A stretch of 64,000 nt of DNA from an uncultured delta proteobacterium (GCA_963812015.1 CAWETI010000002.1:992001-1056000); one strand, 5' to 3'. Numbered from the stretch's first letter, positions 20,904 through 31,624 are shown. Made by a program: numbers and translations. The notes: generated by a model not told the origin, from the letters alone.

Positions 20904-20980
20904 TGGTCGGGACGAGAGGATTTGAACCTCCGACCCCCTGAACCCCATTCAGGTGCGCTACCAGTCTGCGCCACGTCCCG
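20904..20980 (-). tRNA. tRNA-Pro(GGG)
   Basis: CGGGACGTGGCGCAGACTGGTAGCGCACCTGAATGGGGTTCAGGGGGTCGGAGGTTCAAATCCTCTCGTCCCGACCA; 77 nt cloverleaf with encoded CCA. Confidence 0.97.
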
Positions 20981-21219
20981 ACAACGAGGTAATATATCAA
21001 CTGGAATTTTTCCTGTCAATTGCCGGGGCCATTTCTATGCCCGGCCGCCGTTTTTTCCGGTATTCTTCCCTTGGCCAAAAACGGAGGCAGAAAGCGCGCC
21101 GAAAAGCGGTTGAGATTTATGAACAAACCTGTTAATTTTAAAAGGTTGCCCCGGTCCCAAACGAAATCCTCGCAAAAGTCTGGAACCGGGGAGGCCACCT
21201 TGAAGGAAGGGAGAGTTTG

Positions 21220-23301
21220 ATGTCCGGCAAAACCACACAGATCCGCAACCTAGTACTCATCGGCCATGGGGGCTGCGGCAAGACCTCTTTGGCTGAGGCC
21301 CTCCTCTTTGGGGCGGGGGCCACCTCCCGGCTGGGGAAAGTCGACGACGGCAGTTCCGTCCTGGATTACGAGCCCGAGGAAATTAAACGCAAGATCACCA
21401 TATCCACCGCTTTTCACCACTATCAGTGGAAGAAGCACACGGTCTACCTGGCCGACACCCCCGGAGATGACAATTTCCTGGCGGATACCCGGGCCACCCT
21501 CCATGTGGGGGACAGCGCCGTGGTGGTGGTGGACGCGGTGGACGGCGTCAAGGTGGGCACCGAAAAGGTCTGGCACGCGGCCAACCTGCACAATCTGCCC
21601 CGTCTGGTCTTTATCAATAAGATGGACCGTGAACGGGCCGATTTCTACCAGGTGCTCAAGGAAATCCAGGAAGTGCTGGAGGTTCAGGCCGTGCCGCTCC
21701 TGCTCCCCATCGGCCGGGAAGCCGGTTTCAAAGGGGTGGTGGATCTGATCAGCCAGAAGGCCTTCGTGGGACAGGCCGGGGGCGGCAAGCTGGAAGCGGG
21801 TCCCATCCCCGACGACCTTAAGGATGAGGTGGAGGCGCGGCGCAACGATCTGCTCAATTTTGCCGCCGAGAGCGACGACGCCCTGATCGAAAAGTTTTTG
21901 GAGGAAGGGGAACTCACCCCGGAGGAGATCTACCAGGGACTCCGGGTCGGCACCCTGAAGGGCAGCTTCGTGCCGGTTTTGTGCGGCGCGACTCGGGACA
22001 ATCTGGGCTACCCGCTCCTGCTGGACGCCATCAATCTCTATCTCCCCGCCCCGGAGGATCGGGGCCTGGTCAAGGGGCAGCACCCCACCACGGGAGCCGA
22101 AGTGGCTTTTGAGGCGGACCCGGATGGCCCCCTGGCGGCCCAGGTCTTCAAGACCGTGGCCGACCCCTATGCCGGCCGCCTGTCCATCTTTCGCATTTAT
22201 TCAGGCGCCATGGCCGCCGACTCCACCGTCCTCAACGCCACCCGGGCGGTGCCGGAACGTTTCGGCCAACTCTTCCTGCTGGAGGGCAAGGGTCAGAAGG
22301 CCGTGCCCAACCTGGGCCCCGGGGCCTTCGGGGCCGTGGCCAAACTTAAAGAGACGGTCACCGGCGATACCCTGACTTCCGAGGCCAAGCCCCTCATCCT
22401 CCCGGCCATCCCATCCTCCCGGCCCATGGTCACTTTTGCCCTGGAACCCAAGAAACAGGGGGAAGAGGACAAGGTCTTCAGCGCCTTTTCCAAGCTCATC
22501 GAAGAAGACCCTTCCCTGAGCCTGACCCGGAACGCCGACACCAAGGAAATCCTGCTGTCCGGCGTGGGCTCGGTCCATATCGAGGCCACCGCCGAAAAGC
22601 TGAGGCGCAAGTTCGGGGTGGAAGTCAACCTCAAGCCCCCCAGGGTGCCATACCGGGAGACCATCAAGGGCACCGTCAAGGTGCAAGGCAAATATAAACG
22701 CCAGTCCGGCGGCCGGGGTCAATACGGCGATACCTGGCTGGAAATGGAGCCTTTACCCAAGGGCAGCGGCTTTGAGTTCGCCGACAAGATTGTCGGCGGC
22801 TCCATCCCCAAGCAGTATATTCCCTCGGTGGAAAAGGGCATTGCCGAGGCCAAGAATACCGGCATCCTGGCCGGCTTCCCGGTGGTGGATTTCCGGGTCA
22901 CCCTCTACGACGGCTCCTTCCACGACGTGGACTCCTCGGACATGGCCTTCAAAATCGCCGGCTCCATGGGCTTCAAAAAGGGCATGGAACAGGCCAACCC
23001 CGTCCTCCTGGAACCCGTTATGAAGATGGTGGTGACGGTGCCAGAAGATAACATGGGGGACATCATCGGCGACCTCAACGGCCGCCGGGGCCGGGTCCTG
23101 GGCGTGGAAGCCCAGGGACGCCAACAGGTGATCACCGCCCATGTGCCTATGACCGAGGTGCTGCTCTATGCCCCGGATCTGATCTCCAAGACCGGTGGCC
23201 GTGGCACCTACGAGATGGAATTCGACCACTACGAAGAGGTACCGCCCCACCTGGCGGAAAAGATCATCGCCGAAGCCCGGGCCGCCCAGGAGAAGGAGTA
23301 A
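21220..23301 (+). CDS. fusA: Elongation factor G paralog (EF-G2-like)
   Basis: GHGGCGKT, DTPGDDNF (His of DTPGH replaced), NKMD, QSGGRGQYG, DGSFHDVDSS. Confidence 0.92.
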   Translation: MSGKTTQIRNLVLIGHGGCGKTSLAEALLFGAGATSRLGKVDDGSSVLDYEPEEIKRKITISTAFHHYQWKKHTVYLADTPGDDNFLADTRATLHVGDSAVVVVDAVDGVKVGTEKVWHAANLHNLPRLVFINKMDRERADFYQVLKEIQEVLEVQAVPLLLPIGREAGFKGVVDLISQKAFVGQAGGGKLEAGPIPDDLKDEVEARRNDLLNFAAESDDALIEKFLEEGELTPEEIYQGLRVGTLKGSFVPVLCGATRDNLGYPLLLDAINLYLPAPEDRGLVKGQHPTTGAEVAFEADPDGPLAAQVFKTVADPYAGRLSIFRIYSGAMAADSTVLNATRAVPERFGQLFLLEGKGQKAVPNLGPGAFGAVAKLKETVTGDTLTSEAKPLILPAIPSSRPMVTFALEPKKQGEEDKVFSAFSKLIEEDPSLSLTRNADTKEILLSGVGSVHIEATAEKLRRKFGVEVNLKPPRVPYRETIKGTVKVQGKYKRQSGGRGQYGDTWLEMEPLPKGSGFEFADKIVGGSIPKQYIPSVEKGIAEAKNTGILAGFPVVDFRVTLYDGSFHDVDSSDMAFKIAGSMGFKKGMEQANPVLLEPVMKMVVTVPEDNMGDIIGDLNGRRGRVLGVEAQGRQQVITAHVPMTEVLLYAPDLISKTGGRGTYEMEFDHYEEVPPHLAEKIIAEARAAQEKE

Positions 23302-23387
23302 AGCAGAAGATTCAATGAAATGAGAAAGGGGGAAATATGTTTTTTTCTCCTGCCCCCTTTCTCCAATCTTAAGAAAGGAAGACTAAA

Positions 23388-23657
23388 ATGACACTAAATG
23401 AATACCGCCAGAAAATTTTTGAGCGGGTTCTTCATTCCAATAACAAGAATGAAGTCTTACAAATATTAAAAGAAGCAAAAACTGTATTAATAGAATCGGA
23501 AGTTTCCGAAATATCGACCCGTAATTTTTGGATAAATCTATATGAAGATTTAGATAATAAGCAAAAACTTATTTGTGAAAAAGTAGCAGTCGGTGCTCTT
23601 AGCGATATTATTGCGGCTGCTCAGGAGGTAATAGCCAAAAACATCAAGCAATCATAA
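23388..23657 (+). CDS. AT-rich hypothetical helical protein
   Basis: 89 aa ORF with AAGGA RBS; atypically low GC. Confidence 0.65.
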   Translation: MTLNEYRQKIFERVLHSNNKNEVLQILKEAKTVLIESEVSEISTRNFWINLYEDLDNKQKLICEKVAVGALSDIIAAAQEVIAKNIKQS

Positions 23658-23677
23658 AAAGAATGAGGTAACTAAGA

Positions 23678-24169
23678 ATGAATGCGAATGTTTTTTTCTA
23701 TGATTATTACGAATTATTAACCGTAGCGATTTTGTCGATAACTGCAATTGTTGGGCTATATCAGATACGGCAACTTATTAATCAAGTTAAAGCTGCCGTG
23801 GAATCAAACAGTATAAACCGTTTAAATGCATTGCTTTCATTGGAAGATAATATAGCGGAAAGAAGATTGCGGCTCAGTGAGGCCGGAATAAAACTCGTAG
23901 AATTGGGTAAAGCAAAAGCTACAAGGGAGTTACACCCGGGAGAATTTGATACCGCTGAGTTAAGATACAATGAAGCAAAACAGATGTATCTCAACGGTCT
24001 TGATAGATTATGTTATTGCCTTGATAGAGGATTATTGAATGAAGATGAATTGCGATCTGAATATAGAGATGTAATTAATGCAGCAATAAAAGATTTTAAA
24101 ACTGATTTCCAAACGGGGACTCCTTATAGGAATATAAAAAAAATTTATGAAAGATGGGCTGAGACATAA
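23678..24169 (+). CDS. AT-rich membrane-anchored hypothetical protein (DUF4760-like)
   Basis: N-terminal TM helix; YLNGLDRLCYCLDRGLLNEDEL; RBS GAGG. Confidence 0.65.
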   Translation: MNANVFFYDYYELLTVAILSITAIVGLYQIRQLINQVKAAVESNSINRLNALLSLEDNIAERRLRLSEAGIKLVELGKAKATRELHPGEFDTAELRYNEAKQMYLNGLDRLCYCLDRGLLNEDELRSEYRDVINAAIKDFKTDFQTGTPYRNIKKIYERWAET

Positions 24170-24194
24170 GCCAAATTAGCAAGGGGAATTAATA

Positions 24195-24677
24195 TTGAAT
24201 GAAGGTGCTTTTCCTCCCGGCCGCATCCACGCGGTCTCTATCAGCGACCGCAAGGGCGAGGTCAAGCACAATGTGGACCAGGCCCGGCTGGTGGTGGACC
24301 ACGGCCTGGCCGGCGACGCTCATGCCGAAGGCGGCATTCGCCAGGTGAGCCTCCTGGCCACGGACAGCATCGACAAGATGGTGGCCGCGGGGGCGAAGGT
24401 TGCGCCCGGGGATTTCGCCGAAAATCTCACGGTTGAGGGCCTGTCGGTCATGAACCTGCCGGTGGGGACCCGGCTCAAGGTGGGGGAAGAGGTCGAGTTG
24501 GAAATCACCCAGATCGGCAAGACCTGCCACAAGGGCTGCGCCATCCGGGAGTTGGTGGGCGACTGCGTCATGCCCCGGGAAGGGGTCTTTGCCCGGGTGC
24601 TCAAAGAGGGCCTGGTCAAACCGGGGGACGTAATCGAGGTGACGGATGTTCCGGGTGGGCATTCTGACGGTAAGTGA
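24195..24677 (+). CDS. MOSC domain protein
   Basis: GLAGDAHA, RQVSLLA, GDFAENL, QIGKTCHKGC, CVMPREG. Confidence 0.9.
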   Translation: MNEGAFPPGRIHAVSISDRKGEVKHNVDQARLVVDHGLAGDAHAEGGIRQVSLLATDSIDKMVAAGAKVAPGDFAENLTVEGLSVMNLPVGTRLKVGEEVELEITQIGKTCHKGCAIRELVGDCVMPREGVFARVLKEGLVKPGDVIEVTDVPGGHSDGK

Positions 24678-25137
24678 CAAGGGGCACGCGGGCGAACGGG
24701 TCGATACCGCCGGCCCCGAACTGGGCCGCATGCTGGACCCCCGCTGCTTTAAGGTCGCCGCTGTTGAGATCGTCCCCGATGAGGTGCCGGCCATCGCCGC
24801 GATACTTACGGCCTGGAGCGACGCCGACGGCCTGGACCTGATCCTGACCACCGGCGGGACCGGCTTAAGCCCCCGGGACCTCACCCCTGAGGCCACCCTG
24901 TCCGTGGCCCAGCGCCTGGTGCCGGGAATTGGCGAAGCCATGCGGGCCGCGGGTATGGCCCACACCCCCCACGCCATGCTCTCCCGGGGGGTGGCGGTGA
25001 TCCGGGGCCGCACCCTGATCATCAACCTCCCCGGCAGCCCCAAGGGGGCCCAGGAAAACCTGGCGGCGGTGGCGCCGGCCCTGCCCCACGCCCTAGAAAA
25101 ACTTAAGGGCAGCCCGGCGGAGTGCGGGGCGGAATGA
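24646..25137 (+). CDS. mog: Molybdopterin adenylyltransferase Mog/MoaB
   Basis: LTVSDKG, TTGGTGLSPRDLTPEA, LSRG, NLPGSPK. Confidence 0.92.
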   Translation: MFRVGILTVSDKGHAGERVDTAGPELGRMLDPRCFKVAAVEIVPDEVPAIAAILTAWSDADGLDLILTTGGTGLSPRDLTPEATLSVAQRLVPGIGEAMRAAGMAHTPHAMLSRGVAVIRGRTLIINLPGSPKGAQENLAAVAPALPHALEKLKGSPAECGAE

Positions 25138-25351
25138 GGGAAGAAATAGTAAGTTGAGGGGAGGGCCGGGGGACAATGAATCCCCTGTCCCTTCCCCTCA
25201 AACTCCCCTCCCATCCCCCTCTAAAGGTAAGGTTAGAGGATAGGGTGCGCACGGCGCACCCTTTTTTTATAGGGGGTTAAGGGAGGGAGTCTGAGGGAGG
25301 GGGCAGGGGCCACTTACGAAAAAACCCCTGGCCCCCTCCCTCAGAAAAACT

Positions 25352-25768
25352 CTATGAAGCCGTAGGTTCCTGGGGCTTCTCAGTTTTCTCAGCTTCCTCA
25401 GCGGTCTCGGGGGGCGGGGCCGGGGGCGGCGGCAAGGGTTCTTTCGTCCAGGCGGCCCGCATCCGGTCCCGGATGGCGGCTATGGCCTGATAATTCTTAT
25501 CCTTAATTTCCTTCAAATCCTTGGCCTTTTTCACCGCGTCGCTCACTTCGCTTACCACCAACGGGTTGGTTTCGCCCCGCTCCAGGGCCTGGAAGAACTG
25601 GGCCCCCAGGTGGCGCATGGCCTTATTAACCTTCTGCTTTTGCCAGCAGGCCAGGGCATAGCGGCCCAGGATCAGACCCCGGCGCAGGGAATTGATGGCA
25701 AAGTTCCGGGCGTACCACCAAGTGGCTTTGAGTCCTTTTATGGCTGAATCTTGATAATCGGTCCCCAT
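25352..25768 (-). CDS. Hypothetical protein
   Basis: RBS GAGGAGG before ATG 25768 (MGTDYQ); helical, Pro/Glu-rich tail. Confidence 0.7.
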   Translation of the reverse strand: MGTDYQDSAIKGLKATWWYARNFAINSLRRGLILGRYALACWQKQKVNKAMRHLGAQFFQALERGETNPLVVSEVSDAVKKAKDLKEIKDKNYQAIAAIRDRMRAAWTKEPLPPPPAPPPETAEEAEKTEKPQEPTAS

Positions 25769-25966
25769 GTATACCTCCTCTGCCGGGGAGCCAGGCGCGG
25801 GATAGGGCAAACCACGCGTGAGGCGGAGACCGGGGCGATTATCCGGCCTCTGACTTGCCGCCCTGGGCCCGGGCACTTTTTCTCTTTTTCATAAATATAG
25901 GATGGCAGAGGGGGCGGTGCAATCGGAAAAGGGCCGGAAATCGCCGCAAGCGGCTCCCGGTTGCCG

Positions 25967-26437
25967 TCAATCGTCTTCGGCCGACTTCTCCAATTTCTCC
26001 CGGAGGGTGGCGGTGATCCCCTGGATGTGGCTGCCGGGCCAGTAGACCCGATGGCACCGGGGGCACTCGGTGAAGCGGGGATGGCAGAGGAAGATATGCT
26101 CCGGGACCCGGCCCTGGGCCAGGGTCCGGTCAAGGGGCACGAGGGGGTCGTTGCAGTAGCTGCAACGGCTCAAGGGTTTGAGGTCTCGGGCCGAGAGGCC
26201 CAGGCGCTGCATAACTTCCGTCAGTTGGCCCTCGGGTTCGGACGCGGCCAGCACCAGGAGGTCGGGCCGCTTCAGACGTTTGCTGCCCGCCTGCCGGGTC
26301 AGGATGTGGGTCTGAGGCCGGGTCGGCGGCCAGGTTCCGGGCTTATCCGAGGTCAGGCGCACCAGAGTGGCGTCGAAGCCACAGAAGCGCAGCCACCTGG
26401 CCAGGCCGCCCAACGGCCAATCCACCAGAAATTTCAT
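25967..26437 (-). CDS. Mut7-C RNase domain protein
   Basis: MKFLVD..LGGLARWLR..GFD; RCSYCN and CPRCHRVYWPGSH zinc ribbon. Confidence 0.88.
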   Translation of the reverse strand: MKFLVDWPLGGLARWLRFCGFDATLVRLTSDKPGTWPPTRPQTHILTRQAGSKRLKRPDLLVLAASEPEGQLTEVMQRLGLSARDLKPLSRCSYCNDPLVPLDRTLAQGRVPEHIFLCHPRFTECPRCHRVYWPGSHIQGITATLREKLEKSAEDD

Positions 26438-26627
26438 CGAGTGAGAAACCTTGAATTGATGAAAAAGACTACTTCCCCCCACCCTCTTGCCCAGGGGGAA
26501 AAGGGGATAGGGCCGGAACCCCTTGTCTGCCCTCAGCTACCTGGAGCTCCCCGGTTGGCCGCCCCGCCTATTGGTGGCTTCCGCCGCTTCCCGTCTTGGT
26601 TGAAAGCTGAGAGCTGACTGCCGACCG

Positions 26628-27416
26628 CTACTTCCCCAGAGGTGCCTGGGCTACGCCGGGCGGCGGTGTCAGGGTTAAGTCGGCCGGAGTCAGGGGCGGA
26701 TTGAGCTTGAGGTCGCCATATACCAGGCGCAGTTCACTCTTGGGCGTGGTGGTCTTCAGGGTGACCTTCTCCGGGAGGTCAGGCGCCAGGGCGCCGAAGT
26801 TGGCCAGTTCTGCGGTAAAGCGGGGCTCCGGGGCGCCGCCGAACCATTCTTCCTGAACCGGGTTAAGATCCTGGGCTTCCACCCACAGGCGTTCCTGCAG
26901 GGCGTCCCCCTGACGCCACTCCAACAGGTAGCGGCCCGTGGCGGCCTGGTATTCAAAGTGGTCCGGCGGACCCGGACTCAGGGGCAAGGCCCCCAGGAGC
27001 AGGTGCAGCGCCTGGGGCAGGCTGACGCTGGGGGGGATAAAGGCCGCCAGGTTTTTCGGGGTGGCGGGGCCGCGCAACAGCTTGTTTTCCCGGGGAGACA
27101 GCACCAGGACCTCGGTGCCGTCGGTGGCAAAGCTCAGGACGGTGCGCCCCAAAAAATCCAGGACATTGGCCTTGAGGCTCGCAGGCAGTCGTCCCATGAG
27201 CAAGGCCGTACCGGAATAATTCTGTTGGGGAGACAGGAAGGTGATGCGGCCTTTAGCCTGGAAGGTTTTGATTTGCTGTTGCCGGGCTTGAAGCCGGGCG
27301 AGCAGGGCTTCCGGGGAGGCGACCGCTGCCGGCGGCGGGGCCGGGGGGAGGGCCCGGCATCCTCCCGCCAGGAGGAGAGCCGACAACGCCAGCCCGGCAA
27401 CGCCGGAGAAATTCAA
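26628..27416 (-). CDS. LolB-like/DUF4292 lipoprotein
   Basis: Lipobox LAGGC; beta-rich; follows the TPR gene. Confidence 0.65.
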   Translation of the reverse strand: MNFSGVAGLALSALLLAGGCRALPPAPPPAAVASPEALLARLQARQQQIKTFQAKGRITFLSPQQNYSGTALLMGRLPASLKANVLDFLGRTVLSFATDGTEVLVLSPRENKLLRGPATPKNLAAFIPPSVSLPQALHLLLGALPLSPGPPDHFEYQAATGRYLLEWRQGDALQERLWVEAQDLNPVQEEWFGGAPEPRFTAELANFGALAPDLPEKVTLKTTTPKSELRLVYGDLKLNPPLTPADLTLTPPPGVAQAPLGK

Positions 27417-29197
27417 GGGCTTAACCCTTGCAAGAGGTTTTCCACCTGATTGATTTTCTTTCGCAGTTCCGTGAGATTGGCGTTTTCCAGGACCAGGGCC
27501 CGGCGGTAAATCCGCAAGGCATCCCGGTAGCGCTTCTGCTTGAAATAGGCATCCCCCAAATGTTCGGCCACGGTGCCATCCTGAGGCATGAGGCGATGGG
27601 CCCGCTCCAACTCGACCGCGGCCTTGTCGTATTGGCCTTTTTTATAATAGACCCACCCCAGGCTGTCAATGATGTGGCCGCTGTCAGGTTTAGCCCGGAG
27701 GGCCTCCCGAATCAACTTTTCAGCCTCATCTATGTTTATCCCCCCCTCGGCATAGCTGTACCCGAGGAAATTTTGGGCCTCGGGGTTATTCGGGTCCAGT
27801 TCCAGGACCTTCTTGATCTGCTGGATACTTTCGTCGCGCTGATTCTGTTTTTCATACAGCACCGCCAGGCGGTAGTGGATTTCCGCCGGCCGCTCCACTT
27901 TTCCCAACCCGGCCTGGAGGGCCTGGATAGCCCGGTCCCACTGGTTATCTTCTTCATAAAAGTAGGCGCTGGTGAGATAAACCTCTTCCTGCTTGGGGGC
28001 CAGGGTCAGGAGCTCATTGATGATCTGCCGGGCCTTGGCCTTGTCTCCCAGTTGAAAGGTGAGATAGGCCATCCGCAGGCGAGCCTGGACAAAGTTTTGG
28101 GAATCCCGGCCCACCAGCTGATACTCATGCGCCGCCGCCTGCAGATCGCCTTTTGACTCCAGGGCAATGCCGATGAAGTAGCGGGCCCGTTCCTGGTAAC
28201 GGGGCTGGGCCAAGAGGGGGCGCAACAGACGGATGGCGTCGTCCGGCAGTTTCTGCTCCAGGAAGATCAAGGCGATATTGAAATCCGCAGAGGGGTCGTC
28301 CTTTTCCAGTTCCTTGACCTTGCGGAATACTTTAACGGCATCTCCGTAGCGGTTCATCACCAGATAGAGACGGCCGATACTGGCCCAGACCCTGGAATTC
28401 CGGGGTTGGGAGCGCAGGATGCGGCGATACATGGACAAGGCCTGGTTGTAGTGCCGCTCCCGCTCCAGGGTGGTACCCAGGTCGAACATGGCCGGGATGA
28501 AGTCGGGGTCCATGGTGAGGACCAGTGAAAACTCTTTATTGGCGTCCGCCAGGCGGTCGAGTTCCAGGTAAATGCGGCCCAGATAATAGTGAGCCACCAC
28601 CAGTTGCGGATCCAGCCGCAGGAGTTCCTGCACGGTGCGAATGGCTTTGGGATACTGATGCTGTTGGGCGTAAAGGGTGGCCAGGAAGAGACGGGCTTCT
28701 TTGTTTTCCGGGTCTAACCGCAGGATGCGTTCATATTCCCTGATGGCCTCATCCAGTTGGTTCAGCCCCACGTGGAGGCCGGCCAGGACGAAATACGCCT
28801 CTTGCTGCTTGGGATCTAATTTCAGGGATTTCTCGGCGTGGGCCAGAGCCTGCTTCACATCGCCCTGGCGTTGATAGAGGGAGGCCAGTTCAATCTCCAG
28901 GGACGGGGACTCGGGATCATCTTTCAGAGCCGCTTCATATTCATTGATGGCCCCCACCACGTCATCGGCCACCAGCAGTTGTTGGGCTTTGAGAAAGTGG
29001 AAATATGCCAGACTTTTCTCACTTTCCGACGCCTTGGAGGCCTCGCCGGCGGAGGTGCCCATGCGGCCCAGGGAGGCGCAGCCCATGACCGCCAGGGACA
29101 GCAGGAGCCCCAGGACCCCGAAGAGCAGGAGGCGGCCCCGAAAGGCGCTGATGGAGAAAATGTCGTACCGGTTCGTTAAGATTTTGCCTTTAAGCAA
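27413..29197 (-). CDS. TPR-repeat lipoprotein
   Basis: Lipobox VMGC; many TPR repeats; NFLGYSYAE, IIDSLGWVYY. Confidence 0.9.
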   Translation of the reverse strand: MLKGKILTNRYDIFSISAFRGRLLLFGVLGLLLSLAVMGCASLGRMGTSAGEASKASESEKSLAYFHFLKAQQLLVADDVVGAINEYEAALKDDPESPSLEIELASLYQRQGDVKQALAHAEKSLKLDPKQQEAYFVLAGLHVGLNQLDEAIREYERILRLDPENKEARLFLATLYAQQHQYPKAIRTVQELLRLDPQLVVAHYYLGRIYLELDRLADANKEFSLVLTMDPDFIPAMFDLGTTLERERHYNQALSMYRRILRSQPRNSRVWASIGRLYLVMNRYGDAVKVFRKVKELEKDDPSADFNIALIFLEQKLPDDAIRLLRPLLAQPRYQERARYFIGIALESKGDLQAAAHEYQLVGRDSQNFVQARLRMAYLTFQLGDKAKARQIINELLTLAPKQEEVYLTSAYFYEEDNQWDRAIQALQAGLGKVERPAEIHYRLAVLYEKQNQRDESIQQIKKVLELDPNNPEAQNFLGYSYAEGGINIDEAEKLIREALRAKPDSGHIIDSLGWVYYKKGQYDKAAVELERAHRLMPQDGTVAEHLGDAYFKQKRYRDALRIYRRALVLENANLTELRKKINQVENLLQGLSP

Positions 29198-29228
29198 AGC
29201 TGTTCCTCAAGAGGCGATCCAGGAGAGA

Positions 29229-30209
29229 CTATTCCCCCATGGGGGTCTGGTAATCTTCCCAATCAGCAATTTCATTTTTGAGATATTGACGCAATCGTTT
29301 GATGAGGCGGTCTTCGATCTGCCGCACCCGCTCCCGGGAGATATGGTGGCGGGCCCCGATCTCTTGCAAGGTCATAGGCTTTTCCGCCAACAGGCGCAAG
29401 TCTAAAATATCCAGTTCTTTGTCATTAAGTTCGGTGCGAAACTCCGCCAGTTTGCGGCGGAACATGTTTTTTAATTCCGCATCAGCTAATACTTCTTCCA
29501 CCTGGGGTTCGGTGCTGGGCAAGAAATTCTTATGATTTTCATCGGAGCCGTCCTTCAAGGGGGCGTCCAGGGAAAGCTCCCACCCTCCCAGGCGCTGGTC
29601 CATCTCGATGACTTCCTCCTCCCGCACGTTCAGGACTTCAGCCAGGAGTTTGGGGCCGGGCTCGAACCCCTGGGCCCGGAGTTTCTCCTTTTCCCGCTTC
29701 AAGTTGTAAAAGAGTTTGCGTTGGGACTGGGTGGTGCCGATCTTCACCAGCTTCCAGTTGTCCATGATAAATTTGAGAATGTAAGCCTTGATCCAGAAGG
29801 AGGCGTAGTAGGAGAGCTTGATGCCCCGGTAGGGATCAAATTTCTTGATGGCATGCATGAGACCGATATTGCCTTCCTGGATCAGGTCCAAAAGGTTTTT
29901 CATCCAATATTTCTGGAACTCCAAGGCAATCTTGATCACCAGCCGCAGGTTGCTGGTGATGAGGCGGGAGCCGGTTTCCCGGTCCCCGGTTTCATGGTAA
30001 TGGCTGGTGAGGGATTTTTCTTCCTCTGGGGTGAGCAGGGCAAAACGGTTCGCCTCCCGGATGTAGCGCTGCACCAGGTCGAGATCGCTGGGAACCGGAA
30101 GGGCAACTTCAGGCTCTTCTTTCTCCTCTTCGATCTGCGGCTCCAGAATATCCGGCAACTCTTCCGGATAATCGGCCAACTTCCTGTCCAACTGATCGTT
30201 CACTGGCAT
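29229..30209 (-). CDS. rpoH: RpoH-like (sigma32 family) sigma factor
   Basis: SNLRLV, DLIQEGNIGLM, YASFWIKAYI, WKLVKIGTTQSQRKLFYNL (RpoH box), ISRERVRQIE. Confidence 0.88.
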   Translation of the reverse strand: MPVNDQLDRKLADYPEELPDILEPQIEEEKEEPEVALPVPSDLDLVQRYIREANRFALLTPEEEKSLTSHYHETGDRETGSRLITSNLRLVIKIALEFQKYWMKNLLDLIQEGNIGLMHAIKKFDPYRGIKLSYYASFWIKAYILKFIMDNWKLVKIGTTQSQRKLFYNLKREKEKLRAQGFEPGPKLLAEVLNVREEEVIEMDQRLGGWELSLDAPLKDGSDENHKNFLPSTEPQVEEVLADAELKNMFRRKLAEFRTELNDKELDILDLRLLAEKPMTLQEIGARHHISRERVRQIEDRLIKRLRQYLKNEIADWEDYQTPMGE

Positions 30210-30234
30210 CCTTCTTGGATCGGGCTCTCGGTGT

Positions 30235-31014
30235 TTACCAGACCAGACGAACCGGGATATTATGTTGGGCCAGGTAGTCCTTAATGCCTGCAATGGTATA
30301 GGTGCCGTAATGGACCATGGAAGCAATGAGGGCGGCATCCGCCCGGCCCTGGGTGAGCACCTGCTGGAGGTGCTCCGGGATGCCGGCGCCACCTGAGGCA
30401 ATCACGGGAATGGGCACGGCTTCGGAGATCATCCGGGTCAGGGTCAGTTCATAGCCTGCCTGGGTGCCATCGGCATCTATGGAGTTGAGGCAGATCTCCC
30501 CGGCTCCCAACTGCACCGCCTCCTGGGCCCACCAGAGGGCGTCGATCCCCATGGGGGTCCTGCCCCCGTGAATCACCATCTCGTAACCCGAAGGGATGGC
30601 GGCGGAGGGGGTGACCCTTTTGACGTCCATGCCCAGCACGATGCACTGGCTGCCAAAGGCCTGGGCCCCGGCGGTGATCAGCCCGGGCTCCAGGATGGCG
30701 GCGCTGTTGACGCTCACCTTTTCGGCCCCGGCCAGGAGCACATCCCGCATGTCGTTGAGGTTACGGATGCCGCCGCCCACTGAAAAGGGGATGAGAATCT
30801 CGGCGGCCACCCGGCGGACCACGTCGATCATGATGTTCCGGCGGTCACTGGAAGCGGTGATGTCGTAGAAGACCAGTTCATCGGCCCCGGCTTCATAGTA
30901 GAACCGGGCCATGGCCACCGGATCCCCGATATCTACATTATTTTTAAATTTTATGCCCTTGGTGGTTCGGCCATCCCGGACGTCCAGGCAGGGGATAATC
31001 CGTTTACTCAACAT
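30235..31014 (-). CDS. hisF: Imidazole glycerol phosphate synthase cyclase subunit
   Basis: [39 protein letters not shown]. Confidence 0.96.
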   Translation of the reverse strand: MLSKRIIPCLDVRDGRTTKGIKFKNNVDIGDPVAMARFYYEAGADELVFYDITASSDRRNIMIDVVRRVAAEILIPFSVGGGIRNLNDMRDVLLAGAEKVSVNSAAILEPGLITAGAQAFGSQCIVLGMDVKRVTPSAAIPSGYEMVIHGGRTPMGIDALWWAQEAVQLGAGEICLNSIDADGTQAGYELTLTRMISEAVPIPVIASGGAGIPEHLQQVLTQGRADAALIASMVHYGTYTIAGIKDYLAQHNIPVRLVW

Positions 31015-31624
31015 AGGAGCCGTCCCAGGCCAGGAAATTCTCCAGGATCTGGAGCCCGAAACGGCCGCTTTTTTCCGGGTGGAACTGGGTGGCCACCAAG
31101 TTGCGCCAGCCAATGGCACTGGGGAATTCGAGGCCGTGGTCCGTCACCCCCAGCACCATGGCGGTTTGGGCCGGGGCGGGATAGTAGCTGTGCACAAAAT
31201 AGTATTCGGCGCCCTCCGGCAATCCCTTGAATACCGGATGGTCTTTCAGAAAACGCACCCGGTTCCAGCCCATGTGGGGGATCTTCAGGCCCGCGGCCCG
31301 GGGGAGCGCCCGGGTGCGCCCCGGCAGCAGGCCCAGGCAGGTGGCATCGTTTTCCTCACTGTGCTCCAGGATGATTTGTGCCCCCAGACAGATACCCAGA
31401 ATGGGGATACCGCGGTCGCGACCCTGGCGTAGGGCCTGATCCAGACCTAGGGCCCGGAGTGTGGCCATGGCCTTGCCGGCCGCTCCCACCCCGGGGAAGA
31501 TGACGCGGGTGGCCTGAGCCACCACCGCCGGGTCCTGGGTTATCGTGCCCTCTACCCCTAAAGCCTTGAGGGACCGGACCACGCTGGTGAGGTTGCCGGC
31601 CTGATAATCGATTATGACGATCAC
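31004..31624 (-). CDS. hisH: IGP synthase glutamine amidotransferase subunit
   Basis: [30 protein letters not shown]. Confidence 0.96.
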   Translation of the reverse strand: MIVIIDYQAGNLTSVVRSLKALGVEGTITQDPAVVAQATRVIFPGVGAAGKAMATLRALGLDQALRQGRDRGIPILGICLGAQIILEHSEENDATCLGLLPGRTRALPRAAGLKIPHMGWNRVRFLKDHPVFKGLPEGAEYYFVHSYYPAPAQTAMVLGVTDHGLEFPSAIGWRNLVATQFHPEKSGRFGLQILENFLAWDGSYVE

